From IMG/VR virus record IMGVR_UViG_3300042893_001103, positions 8,190 to 72,189 of that record: 64,000 nt of DNA. One strand, 5' to 3'. Shown piece by piece: positions 1-9,882 of this stretch. The stretch comes from a virus. How positions within the stretch are numbered: the first letter of the stretch is position 1; every line of letters starts with the position of its first letter. Position numbers and translations under genes: made by a program. The notes beneath the pieces are model-generated. The model was given only the letters and a program-made list of their open reading frames with translations, searched no databases and was not told the origin of the DNA.

Positions 1-439
1 CGCTAACTCCAGAAACACCACTAATACCAGATACGCCCGATGGTCCAGTTGGTCCACCGGCAGGACCAGAAGGACCGGCAGGACCAGAAGGACCCACTAC
101 TGTTGCGTTAACCCATTCCGTTCCATTGTAAGAAAGTAATTGACCGGGAGACGGTGTAGTTATTATCGGTGTAAATATGTCTCTTGCGTTTACGTAGCCA
201 AGTACGTACATTTCGTCGTTGGACATGCTTGTAAAAGCGCAAAGAACCTGCTCGTCAACTAACAGGGGGCTATTAATGTTTGAATTAGCAACTCGTAGTG
301 GACCTATCGTATTGCCGAGTTTTGGTATTGATACAAACACTCTTCCATCGGCAGCAATTGTTTTTACAATACCGACATAAATACCACCCATTGGGCTTGG
401 GTGTGAAGAAGCCTTGCTTCTATTGACTACGTTAACCAC
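1..439 (-). CDS. Baseplate spike-like protein (gpV/gp5 OB-fold N-terminus) fused to collagen-like repeats; truncated at window start
   Basis: My translation from GTG at 439 (overlapping the hub stop): MVNVVNRSKASSHPSPMGGIYVGIVKTIAADGRVFVSIPKLG...DEQVLCAF...MYVLGY, then GPSGPAGPSGPAGGPTGPSGVSGISGVSGVS. Not in the ORF track because it has no stop inside the window. Confidence 0.7.
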   Translation of the reverse strand, partial: MVNVVNRSKASSHPSPMGGIYVGIVKTIAADGRVFVSIPKLGNTIGPLRVANSNINSPLLVDEQVLCAFTSMSNDEMYVLGYVNARDIFTPIITTPSPGQLLSYNGTEWVNATVVGPSGPAGPSGPAGGPTGPSGVSGISGVSGVS

Positions 440-2741
440 CACAAACTCCTATGTATGGGACCGGCGCTGGTCCGTATGTGACCAGGTTTAACCATGTTAC
501 CTGAATGGTATTAAGGTTTTGAATATATGTAACTGCATCAGCAGTATTACCACTAGCAAATTTTCCCAAATGCTTTCCTGTGGTCAAGTAATAATCCCGA
601 GCGTCTGCATCTGAATAAATTCTTCCGTTAATAACTGGGGTGTACACAACTTCATTGGCTCCGTCGTTAAAATAAGAACTCAACAAAGTGCTAATTGAAC
701 CATCAGTATTCTTTACTAAAGGTCTAGAAGTTAGCGTAATGTTTCCAGCCACAAGCGGAGTTGGTCCAGATGACGGGTAAAGGGTGGAAGGAAGTCCTGC
801 TGCCGATATCTGCCCACTCGTTGGGTATATAGGCATGTCAACCGTCCATGGCTTAGCAGTCCTATTCAGTATACTTTCTACTGATTTTGGAAATCTGTAT
901 TCAAGAACTTCTTTTTGTATTAAAACCAATAGTTCTATATATTTATTTGCCTTTTCTCTACTAAGAAATATTCCATGATGCAAGTCTTCTGATTCATATT
1001 TTGTTTCTGCTTGGGCTGTTGTTAGTACCGTTGGTACGTTGTCGCACCAAAGGCGTTCCGTTACAACAAATACGCCAGCAATAGAAAATACCCACGAAGC
1101 AAGAGTTCCAGAACCACCAAATGCAGTGCAATCCATTGTCAAAGTTGTGCCCACAACAGTAATAATACCTTCCATGTAGTTTGCTGCGTTTGCCGTGCTG
1201 GAAGCGCGAACTTTTTGACCAGTTGCAAAAGAATTGACTGATGGTGTGATTGTAAACACTTTTGAGCCAGTTCCTATTGCTCGTGAGGTTGTTGACACAG
1301 CCAAAATAAAACCAGCATCTAAAGGAATTCCTGTTGCTGCTATTGGATAAACGTGAGGATTTAAGGTTGGACCTGCCAATGCTCCGTATTCATACTCAAG
1401 ACTGATAGGCCTGTTGTAGCAATCAATATTTCCAGCAACTAAAATATCCGCAGGAATTAATCCAGAACCTTTAAAAGAAAGTAGTTCCGATTTTGAAATT
1501 GGATAAGTTTTGAGTCTTCTTGAGTTTGGAATTTTTGCAACATTCTGAGGGCCGACAGGATTTATCGTTGTGCCAACTCCAACAAATTCTGGAGTTCTTT
1601 CACCGAAAATTGGAAGACCAATACTTGTTGCTCCAAGTTTTGGTGAAGGCTGAAAATAGGAACTCTCAAATTTTTTACCTACTGGTAGTTGAGGTATCTT
1701 AGGCTCTTTTCCATTTACCTTCAAACGCTCTGGTGTTCTAAATTCAACAGAAACTGGGTCTGTTATCTGTTCCCCAAAAGAAACGCTGGTAATCAAATAA
1801 AAACTACTCATGTTGGGAACGTTGTTTATTCTGATTGTCATTCCGGGTCTTAGTTGAACACCGTTGTCTCTGGCAACAAGGAGGTTCCCCTGACCTTCAA
1901 GCGGGTCGTTACCCGAGTCTCGCAACGAAGGAAGACTCAATACTTCAAATTTTCTAGTATTTGACCTAAGAGATAGACCAGAAGAACTGTTGTAATAATC
2001 AGTTGGAGCGTATTCCATTGGAATAAAAAATCTGTCTGCATATTTTTCAGGAAGTTTATTTGCGCCAATTATTGGCTTACCATTTTTTAATTTTATTCTT
2101 CCTTCAATTTTTTCAGTTCCCCATTTATACATAAGCCATTTATGTGTACCAAAATATAAAGTTCCATCAGCAACAAATACTACATATTGAGAATTATCTG
2201 CAATACTTTTAATTACTGTCCATACTGAGTCCTGTTGATTATCGCCAGAGTTTTTGGAAGCACTTTTTATTCTTGCACTTTTTTCACCAACAAAACGAAG
2301 ACCATAAAAGTTTGCCGCTTTTTGAACAAAAGCATAACCAGAGCCACCAATAGCGCTCGGTTTCTTGTCTCTCTTCATTTGCTGAATTGCTTTTGGCATA
2401 GCCTCAATTGACCATTGAGGAGACGCACTTCCTTGCTGCTGAACACTTACAGAAGCAATCTCGTAAATATGTCTTTGTCTGTTTATGATTGGTTCTCCAG
2501 TCGTTCCTGGAGAGTTAGCAATTTTTATTTTTGACACTGAAGTCGTTTCATAAACTACATCACGGCCAATAATGAAATAATTACTAGAAGCCATTTCAAA
2601 ACCAGGGTCAATTACGGTAAACGATAACTGACTAGCCATATCCATTGTGTAACTAATGTTTAGTGTCAATAAGTTTGACGCTACTGAAGACATTTGTTTT
2701 GTTGTTAAGTCACCTATTTGTAGTGATGTTGATGTAAACAT
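432..2741 (-). CDS. Baseplate hub / tail protein (gp27/gpD-like) with C-terminal extension
   Basis: Position after the tape measure and tube-initiator genes; hub-like motifs DSVWTVIKSIA..YVVFVADGTLYFG and LRPGMTIRINNV...YLITSVSF; duplicated LVAGNI..RP domain at the C-terminus. Confidence 0.65.
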   Translation of the reverse strand: MFTSTSLQIGDLTTKQMSSVASNLLTLNISYTMDMASQLSFTVIDPGFEMASSNYFIIGRDVVYETTSVSKIKIANSPGTTGEPIINRQRHIYEIASVSVQQQGSASPQWSIEAMPKAIQQMKRDKKPSAIGGSGYAFVQKAANFYGLRFVGEKSARIKSASKNSGDNQQDSVWTVIKSIADNSQYVVFVADGTLYFGTHKWLMYKWGTEKIEGRIKLKNGKPIIGANKLPEKYADRFFIPMEYAPTDYYNSSSGLSLRSNTRKFEVLSLPSLRDSGNDPLEGQGNLLVARDNGVQLRPGMTIRINNVPNMSSFYLITSVSFGEQITDPVSVEFRTPERLKVNGKEPKIPQLPVGKKFESSYFQPSPKLGATSIGLPIFGERTPEFVGVGTTINPVGPQNVAKIPNSRRLKTYPISKSELLSFKGSGLIPADILVAGNIDCYNRPISLEYEYGALAGPTLNPHVYPIAATGIPLDAGFILAVSTTSRAIGTGSKVFTITPSVNSFATGQKVRASSTANAANYMEGIITVVGTTLTMDCTAFGGSGTLASWVFSIAGVFVVTERLWCDNVPTVLTTAQAETKYESEDLHHGIFLSREKANKYIELLVLIQKEVLEYRFPKSVESILNRTAKPWTVDMPIYPTSGQISAAGLPSTLYPSSGPTPLVAGNITLTSRPLVKNTDGSISTLLSSYFNDGANEVVYTPVINGRIYSDADARDYYLTTGKHLGKFASGNTADAVTYIQNLNTIQVTWLNLVTYGPAPVPYIGVCGG

Positions 2742-2743
2742 TC

Positions 2744-4357
2744 TTAACCTACGGTGGGTGTTTTTTCTGGAAGAGCAATTGAGGGCTGATTTCCCATAGG
2801 GGTAGGAGTAAGAAAATTTTTCCCGGTTAAAAGATTATTTTTTGGGTTTGCGGGCGTGCACGGTTTTGGTTTACATGCCTTGGGCACCGGGTTGTCTGGA
2901 GCCAATGGTGGGAGGGGAATAATGTCTCTGGCAATAATTGGGTATTCGTTCAAAGTTATTGAAACTTCTGCTGCTGCCATTTTGCGACCATTTGGTGTCA
3001 TTCTTGTTGCTGTAATTGACATGTCGGCAATTACCCATTGGATATTGCGAGTGTTGTTTACATATGGAAATCTAAAAGAGGTAGACGTCAATGTGTTTAA
3101 GTTATGCAAGATAACTGGATATGGCCCACCACCCATTGCTCTCAGGTTTTCTATTTGTCCTTCAATATCAACATCAAGTCCATCGTTTACCACTACTGAT
3201 TTTACATTAGCGGTGCCGGCGTCAATTGTGTCCGTTCTTTTGCCAGCAATTAAAAATCTAAAAGTACACTTAGTTAAGTTATATTTAGACCAATCAACCA
3301 TTGCGTAGTTTCCACTTCTTTCAACCTCGTTCCAGACTGAAGAAAGTTGACTAAATTCAAAACTATTAGGAATTATATTAAACACGTGAGTTCTAATTAT
3401 TCTTTCACGGGTATTGGTAACTGAATTAAAATCCGTAATAGTCTGCTGCATATATGGAAGATTAGTATTCTGTCCACCTATTTTTCTATCCGGCAAAAAA
3501 TTAAGAACGGCTGTTGATTCGCCGTAAGATGGGTTCCCTCTTGCTATGGCATATCCATTTGGATTTTTTTTACCACCGGATACGCTTGGGTTGCTTCCGC
3601 CACCAGGCGATGCGACGGTGCCAACACCGAAACCTAATGCTTCTTCCGCTTCGCGTGCTGAGGTGAATCTTCTGGTGGCGGCTCCTGCGCCAAATCCACT
3701 GTTTCCATTTGCGTCTGTTCTGTTCATTTGAGCAGGAGTCAGTCCGGCACCAAATCCACTATTTCCGTTTGCGTCTGTTCTGTTAATGGCTGAAGCACCG
3801 CTTCTACCATTTGATTCGGTGTACAAATAACTGTACATCTCTTCCATTTCTCTAAATGATTTAGTAAGAACGCTTACTAATTTAGAGTCAGCACCAGTTG
3901 AAGCAACGGTAGTTGTTGACTCAGCAGAAGTTACTGGTTCACCTTTTATGAACTTATAATCAGAGTCAGTAATGCTTATAAATATAAACGACCCCCAGTT
4001 CTTTACACTGTATTGACCACCTCTGTTGAGTCTTTTTATTACAACGGCACTGGAGTAAGTAATTTTTGCTCCGCTAGAAGAAACGGCTGATGGTTCGTTT
4101 CCGGATTTACCCATGTTTACAAGAACTTTATAAACAGTTGTTGGTTTTTGTGTTGCTGTGTTAAAAAGCGCCCATACTGGTTCATCGTTCAATGACTTGT
4201 ATGAAGTACAAACGTACGTATCTCCACTTATTGGGTCGTCTGCGTATTTTCCTGCAATCTGACTGTCAAATGCCTTTTTCCCTTTTTCCCACAAAAGAGA
4301 ACCGCTAGACGAATAAAACCTAATTGGGTTTTGATAAGAGTTTCCTTCTTTTGACAT
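2744..4357 (-). CDS. Tail tube initiator / baseplate protein (gpU-like C-terminal domain)
   Basis: Directly downstream of the tape measure; C-terminal PNSFEFSQLSSVWNEVERSG...WVIADMSITATR...AEVSITLNEY. Confidence 0.5.
   Translation of the reverse strand: MSKEGNSYQNPIRFYSSSGSLLWEKGKKAFDSQIAGKYADDPISGDTYVCTSYKSLNDEPVWALFNTATQKPTTVYKVLVNMGKSGNEPSAVSSSGAKITYSSAVVIKRLNRGGQYSVKNWGSFIFISITDSDYKFIKGEPVTSAESTTTVASTGADSKLVSVLTKSFREMEEMYSYLYTESNGRSGASAINRTDANGNSGFGAGLTPAQMNRTDANGNSGFGAGAATRRFTSAREAEEALGFGVGTVASPGGGSNPSVSGGKKNPNGYAIARGNPSYGESTAVLNFLPDRKIGGQNTNLPYMQQTITDFNSVTNTRERIIRTHVFNIIPNSFEFSQLSSVWNEVERSGNYAMVDWSKYNLTKCTFRFLIAGKRTDTIDAGTANVKSVVVNDGLDVDIEGQIENLRAMGGGPYPVILHNLNTLTSTSFRFPYVNNTRNIQWVIADMSITATRMTPNGRKMAAAEVSITLNEYPIIARDIIPLPPLAPDNPVPKACKPKPCTPANPKNNLLTGKNFLTPTPMGNQPSIALPEKTPTVG
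3684..3784. repeat. Two-copy coding repeat with 60-nt period (NRTDANGNSGFGAG x2)
   Basis: ccaaatccact(g/a)tttcc(a/g)tttgcgtctgttctgtt at about 3690 and 3750. Confidence 0.85.
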
Positions 4358-7300
4358 TACATTCTCTCCGAGTTAGAACGTTCTGTGTCCTTAACTCTTT
4401 GCATAACTATGTTTGCTATCTCATTAGCCGAAGCGTTTTGGCTACCAGTTACATAGAAGTTGTACTGATTACCCTTACCGCCTGAACCCATAACCATAGG
4501 TTGCTGAGGCAAACCGGCAACTGGCATTCCAGTGTCGCCCATTGCACCAGAACCAGGAACAACATGAAGGTGTCTTGATTTGTTAACTCCGTGGAATTCA
4601 GCAAAACCACCAGTTGACCTTACAAGGGATTGGTACTGTCCGAGGTTTTGTCCAACAAGGTCATATGCTCTTCCGGTCACATGGTCGGAGTTCATTGAGC
4701 CAAGACCGTAGTTTCTGTATCCGGAAGTAACAGTTCTCTTTCCAGTTAGCATTCCGTTCATTGACGCATGGCGACTCATTGTCTGAGAAAGACGACTTGA
4801 CGTTGTGTCGCCAAACGCCTGTCCACGTGGGGTGGAAGTGTCGTTCTTTTCCCACCAAGATGGTGGCGTGTTGTACCAAGAAGGAACTGCCTTGTCTGTC
4901 TCGGAGAAAAAGATTTTCATTTGGTCAATGAGTTGCGTTGTTTTGTTTGCCATTTCTTCAGGAAGTTTAGCCAGGTCTATGTTGTCTTGTTTTGCTGCTG
5001 CTGTTGATGTGACCAGGTCGCCCATACCAATCATTGTTAACAACGCTTTTGTAGCATCTCCACCTGCTGCTTCAACCAGGTCCATACCGGCTCGCCCGGA
5101 AGGTAATGCAAAACCTGACGCTGATGCTTCCTGAAGTTTTGCTTGTTGTTCCGGAGAAAGCGTTTTGAATCTTTTTGTAAATTCGTTTGCGTCAATTGAC
5201 TTGCCGGACTTCAATAGTTTTGTATTCAGGTTTCCACCATATTCGTTGCCTAGTTCTGTTCCTGTTTTATCAAGATATTCCAAGAACGCAGGGCTCTTCA
5301 TGAAGTCAAGTTGTTTAGGGTCAATATTTTGAAAAGTTCTACCTTTATTAAAAGCCCCACCTTGCTCATAGTCTATACGCATTTGCGCAAACGCTTTTCC
5401 GCCTTCACCAAAGTAAGCGGTGTAATTTTTGGCCTGGTCAGAAAGATATGTATTTATATCTTCTTCTTTTACTTTTCCGCCACCTGCGGCAAGTTCTCTC
5501 AAAGACTCTGCTCGTTCGTCAATTATTTTGGGAGCAGCAAGAGATTTGTTACGTGCATCAAAAATTGATGTATTATCTATCACTATGCTTGTTGTGGCTG
5601 CTGCTATTTGCTGAGCAGTTTTAACTGTTGTCAAGCCAAGTTCTTTAAGAACTTCAGTAAAGTCTTTAGTGCTGTCCATCAAGTTGACGCCCATTGTTTT
5701 AGCAAGGGCTATGTTCTCTTGGTCAGATTTTCCTGTTATTTTTGCCAGAGCATCAAGACGACTGTTGTAGTTCTTTTGAAGTGGAGCCATCGCTGCTTCG
5801 CTGACTTCCATATCTTTTCGCATTTTTCTCAAAGCCTCTCCAGGCTTCTTCATCATGTCTTTGTATTGCTTTTCTGAAATTGATGTTCCGTACTTGGATT
5901 GATTTCTATAAACATTAGTTAATGTTGATTCTTGCTTCTGCCTGTCAACGTCTTTTTTGTTATTTGTTCCATAGCCGAGAGGATTCAAAACCCTGTTATC
6001 CAAAAGGCTCTTACCACCAAGTTTGGAAACAATACCAGCAGTAACGTTTCCTATTATGTCCATGTTTGTAGTTATGCCACCAAGAAGTTTTCTTGCAATT
6101 TTTGGCATTCTTTTACCAGTTAGGTTTTCAAATGCAAGTCCTGCTTGTCCACCAGTAGCGCCACGGTTAAGAACATCGGGAACTATTCCAGCGTAGTTCT
6201 TTCTATTTAGTGGAACCCCTTCCGTGTCTGCAAGGAGTTGTTTATTGTATTTTGATGCAGTTCCAAAAGCGTCTCTAGTTGCGCTTCTGCCAACCCCAGT
6301 TTCTTTACGTACGGCATCAAGAGTAAACGAAAGCGAGTTATTAATAATGCTCTGTACTGCTTCACCAGCAGCGGCTTTTGATGCTTTGACTTCTAGTTTT
6401 TTCTTATTGAGGGTTCCCATGATTGCGCCAGAAACAGAACCAATAAGACCACCAATAATTGCACCTGCCGCTATTCCTAGAGGGCCACCCATCGTGCCAA
6501 TCATTGCACCAGCCGCAGCACCGCCAGCAAGACCACTAACCGCACCGCCTGTTGCCGTTCTTGATTTAAATGCAGTTCCAAGACCTGCTACAGCAATACC
6601 TGCAAGTGGGTTAACTGAACCTACGGCACCACCTAAAGCAAGCGCACCCTGTGCCTCTTCTGGGGCAAACTGAGACATTGCACCGAGAGCAAGACCTGTT
6701 CCCATCCTTGCTCCTGCCGAACCTTGGAACTTTTCCATTCTTTTATAGCCCTTGGACTGTCTGTCTCCAGAACGAGCAGCACGTTGCGCCGCTGTTCTTC
6801 TTGCCAGTTTTGCTCTTGTTGTTAATTCACCTTTTTTGTTGGTTCGGTTCATTTTGTTGGTTAGTGCTTTTTCACCCGTGGGGTCTCCGGCATCCGCAGT
6901 AAAAGTGTCGTATGAAGCCTGTCTTGCGAGAGTTGAAAGCATGGCCAATTTAGGATTTTTAAATTTTGAAACGCCAACTTTATAATCACGCGAGTTGTAA
7001 ATTATGTTCCCGCTTGGGGATGTTTGTTGTGAACTATACGTTCCGGAAGGAACTGCCATTCTTCCACCAAGTGAAGACGATGGACCAACAGGACCAGTGA
7101 ATCCCACTCTTCCTAAAGCGCTAGGACCAGCAATTCCAAAAGCAGGACTGCCAGGCCCACGTGGACCGTAAACGCCACCAGGTCCACCTGTTGCCGATGA
7201 AAAACTACCGCCACGCAAAGGCATGACCCCACCACCTCCGGGAAGCACGCCGCCCGAAGGAGCAACACGGGTTCCGGGAAATACAGGACCACCAGGACCG

Positions 7301-9078
7301 TAATGAGCCCCAGTTGTTCCCAGTCCACCGCCACCAGTTACTCCGCCTGCTCCGCCACCTGGAGCATAACCACCAGGTCTTGAGTTAGTAACTATTGTTG
7401 CATTCGGAGCATTGATAGTTGCGTTTTTTGTAACGGCACTGGCGACCATTCCGCCTTTTGTGTTCTTCATTGCGTTCAGTCCGCCACGCATACCAAGCAT
7501 CATCGCAAGCGCGCCTATGGTTCCTCCGCCACTTAATGAACGCATACCCTTCATGAAACTTGTCATTTGGCTAACCATCGCAGAAATACCATTGACAACA
7601 TCGTTAATAAAAGGCATTAAGTCTTGTAGCAACTTTTTCATTTCTGCTTGAAACTTCATTATCTCGCCAATGAGTTCACCAATTCTATCTCCGAACTCAA
7701 TTACGGTTGCTTTGTTATTTACTAGCCAATCATTGAACTGTCCAAAACTTGATGCGGCAACATTCTTTACATGCACCCAAATTGCGCCAAACATGCTTTC
7801 AATTACACGCGCACCATCTATGAATGGTCTTAGTCTGTCAAGCGTGGCATCCCAGCCGTATCTAAACTCTTTCCACCATCCAGCCATCTTGTTAAACATT
7901 CCAGTAACAGAGCCAAGGTTTTCGTTAATCAAGTTAACTGAAAGGTCTGTAAGTTTTTGAACCATGCTTACAAGACCATCAAGCATTGACGTCATGCCGA
8001 ATCTTTGTGTGCTTCCTGAAATCTTTGCAAACCCACGACTAAGAATATTGAAAATCTTAAACATTGATTCTTTAATTGGCTCCAGAAGCGGTTGACCCAT
8101 GTCTCCAAATTGAACTTTAAGAAGATTAAAGTATCCTTTAAGTTTGCTAATCAACGTTCCGGACACTGCTTCAAACTGACCTTCAAGACCAGCAGCCTTT
8201 GAAAGTTCACCAGAGGTGATTGCTGCTTCAAGAGATTTCTTGTTAGTTATTTTTAACTTCTTAAACGCTTCGTCAACTTTTGCTTTATCAGGAAATAGTT
8301 TTTGTGCGGAAACTTTTGCTTCAGAGAATGATTTCTTTGAATCTTGAAGAAGCGCAACCAGGTCTGCTGCTTTTTTAATTCCTTCTTCAATCGGCTGACC
8401 TGCTGAAGCGAAGTCCATGAGTCCTTTAAGAAGCCCTTGGCTTTTTCCTGTGAAGGTTGAAGTTTTTGAGATGGTGGCAAAAGCAACGTTTAGATTTTCT
8501 ACGCCAACAGAAGCAAGGTCCACGTCAGCATGAAGACCACGCATGACTTGTCTTGTTTGGTTGAGGCTAGAACCGAACTGACCTTTGCTGGTCGTTTTGT
8601 ACGCAAACATTGCGGCTTGCTGTTCACGTATTGCAGCCGACGCAGCAGCCGCAGCAGCCACTACAGCGGCCATACCAGCAGCAAGTGGACCCATAGTAGA
8701 CCTCATGAGTTTCATGGCTCCATTACCCAGCAGGAACGCAGCATGAACACCTAGCATTGCAGCACCCATGAGTGCCATTTCTATTGTGGCACCTTTTAGG
8801 GAAAGACTCAAACCTTTTAATCCGACGGTTCCAACCATCTTGATTGCTTTGTCAAATTGGTCAAAAGAGCGTTTCCATTTAACGAGGGTTTTTGTAATAG
8901 GACTAGAACCGCCAGCACCCCCGCCTGCGCCCCCGCCAGTGCTTGACGCAAAACCAGAACCAATTTTATTGATTCTTCTCTCAAGTTTGTCAACAGAACT
9001 TTCAACGCTCTTGAGTTGTGCTTTAGCCCTAGCAGCACCGTCTACATCAATCTGTAGTTCAATTTTCGCTTCGGCCAT
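4357..9078 (-). CDS. Tape measure protein with C-terminal M15/Hedgehog-type Zn peptidase domain
   Basis: 1573 aa, helical and Ala/Gly-rich, follows the tail chaperone; C-terminal TSGYR...SDHVTGRAYD...HLHV. Confidence 0.85.
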   Translation of the reverse strand: MAEAKIELQIDVDGAARAKAQLKSVESSVDKLERRINKIGSGFASSTGGGAGGGAGGSSPITKTLVKWKRSFDQFDKAIKMVGTVGLKGLSLSLKGATIEMALMGAAMLGVHAAFLLGNGAMKLMRSTMGPLAAGMAAVVAAAAAASAAIREQQAAMFAYKTTSKGQFGSSLNQTRQVMRGLHADVDLASVGVENLNVAFATISKTSTFTGKSQGLLKGLMDFASAGQPIEEGIKKAADLVALLQDSKKSFSEAKVSAQKLFPDKAKVDEAFKKLKITNKKSLEAAITSGELSKAAGLEGQFEAVSGTLISKLKGYFNLLKVQFGDMGQPLLEPIKESMFKIFNILSRGFAKISGSTQRFGMTSMLDGLVSMVQKLTDLSVNLINENLGSVTGMFNKMAGWWKEFRYGWDATLDRLRPFIDGARVIESMFGAIWVHVKNVAASSFGQFNDWLVNNKATVIEFGDRIGELIGEIMKFQAEMKKLLQDLMPFINDVVNGISAMVSQMTSFMKGMRSLSGGGTIGALAMMLGMRGGLNAMKNTKGGMVASAVTKNATINAPNATIVTNSRPGGYAPGGGAGGVTGGGGLGTTGAHYGPGGPVFPGTRVAPSGGVLPGGGGVMPLRGGSFSSATGGPGGVYGPRGPGSPAFGIAGPSALGRVGFTGPVGPSSSLGGRMAVPSGTYSSQQTSPSGNIIYNSRDYKVGVSKFKNPKLAMLSTLARQASYDTFTADAGDPTGEKALTNKMNRTNKKGELTTRAKLARRTAAQRAARSGDRQSKGYKRMEKFQGSAGARMGTGLALGAMSQFAPEEAQGALALGGAVGSVNPLAGIAVAGLGTAFKSRTATGGAVSGLAGGAAAGAMIGTMGGPLGIAAGAIIGGLIGSVSGAIMGTLNKKKLEVKASKAAAGEAVQSIINNSLSFTLDAVRKETGVGRSATRDAFGTASKYNKQLLADTEGVPLNRKNYAGIVPDVLNRGATGGQAGLAFENLTGKRMPKIARKLLGGITTNMDIIGNVTAGIVSKLGGKSLLDNRVLNPLGYGTNNKKDVDRQKQESTLTNVYRNQSKYGTSISEKQYKDMMKKPGEALRKMRKDMEVSEAAMAPLQKNYNSRLDALAKITGKSDQENIALAKTMGVNLMDSTKDFTEVLKELGLTTVKTAQQIAAATTSIVIDNTSIFDARNKSLAAPKIIDERAESLRELAAGGGKVKEEDINTYLSDQAKNYTAYFGEGGKAFAQMRIDYEQGGAFNKGRTFQNIDPKQLDFMKSPAFLEYLDKTGTELGNEYGGNLNTKLLKSGKSIDANEFTKRFKTLSPEQQAKLQEASASGFALPSGRAGMDLVEAAGGDATKALLTMIGMGDLVTSTAAAKQDNIDLAKLPEEMANKTTQLIDQMKIFFSETDKAVPSWYNTPPSWWEKNDTSTPRGQAFGDTTSSRLSQTMSRHASMNGMLTGKRTVTSGYRNYGLGSMNSDHVTGRAYDLVGQNLGQYQSLVRSTGGFAEFHGVNKSRHLHVVPGSGAMGDTGMPVAGLPQQPMVMGSGGKGNQYNFYVTGSQNASANEIANIVMQRVKDTERSNSERM

Positions 9079-9114
9079 GGGCTACTCCAGAATTACATGA
9101 GCGACCAAAGGTTT

Positions 9115-9309
9115 TTACGCTTTTTGCGCTTTTTGTTGTTCTTCGCGGTCGTTAGAAACCACTTTAGCACAAGCAAGGCGTATCAACCATTCATCATCGC
9201 TACAATCAAGGAGTCTTACAGGGTCTGTTCCAAACAGTTCACCTAATCGCGCAGCAGAGACGATTAGGGGGTCATTTACTAACTCCCCGAAGACTCCGTC
9301 GTAGGGTCC
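9115..9309 (-). CDS. Tail assembly chaperone C-terminal extension (gpGT-like) reached by -1 frameshift
   Basis: -1 frame reads YDGVFGELVNDPLIVSAARLGELFGTDPVRLLDCSDDEWLIRLACAKVVSNDREEQQKAQKA*. It has no usable start codon near its 5' end and overlaps the end of 9279-9818. Confidence 0.7.
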   Translation of the reverse strand, partial: GPYDGVFGELVNDPLIVSAARLGELFGTDPVRLLDCSDDEWLIRLACAKVVSNDREEQQKAQKA

Positions 9310-9818
9310 GAGGTGTCAATTGTATCCGAGTAACCGGAAGCGTCAAGAATCGCCAAAGCGGCGGCTTCAAGGTGAGGGTCTACACCAAAGAAGGCACGAA
9401 CTGCTTCTGGGATTGGTCTAGTTGTATCTGTCATCGCAAGAATGTCGGCTGCTGCGAAGTTCATCGTGTAGCCATTCTCGTCATAAACTTCTTCGTTATC
9501 AAAAACGATACCTACGGTGGTGCTTCCGATTACGTAGCAGGAGAACTTAATGGAGTCCATTCCGGCCTTGCTGTCTTCTCCGGAGTTCTTACGCCACTGA
9601 CGCAATTGGTGTTGCGTAATGTTTGGGCTGATTCGCAAAGAAACACCTGGACGTTCTGGCACGTCAAGACGAACGACTGGTCGTTCAACTTTCTTTTGAA
9701 TCACTTCTTTAAGGCGTGAAAGGACATTTGGTTCTTCAATCTTTTGAATTGATGAAGTCTTTGGCTCAGCCTTTTTCGGGGAATCAGGCTCGGTATAAAG
9801 GGAGTTATTTTCTGTCAT
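9279..9818 (-). CDS. Tail assembly chaperone (gpG-like)
   Basis: Between the tube and tape measure genes; ends DPTTESSGS and has an overlapping -1 frame. Confidence 0.75.
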   Translation of the reverse strand: MTENNSLYTEPDSPKKAEPKTSSIQKIEEPNVLSRLKEVIQKKVERPVVRLDVPERPGVSLRISPNITQHQLRQWRKNSGEDSKAGMDSIKFSCYVIGSTTVGIVFDNEEVYDENGYTMNFAAADILAMTDTTRPIPEAVRAFFGVDPHLEAAALAILDASGYSDTIDTSDPTTESSGS

Positions 9819-9882
9819 GACAGCACATTAGCACAACATCACATGGATGGCGCAACTAGGCTGTAAAACGTTTATTTAATTT

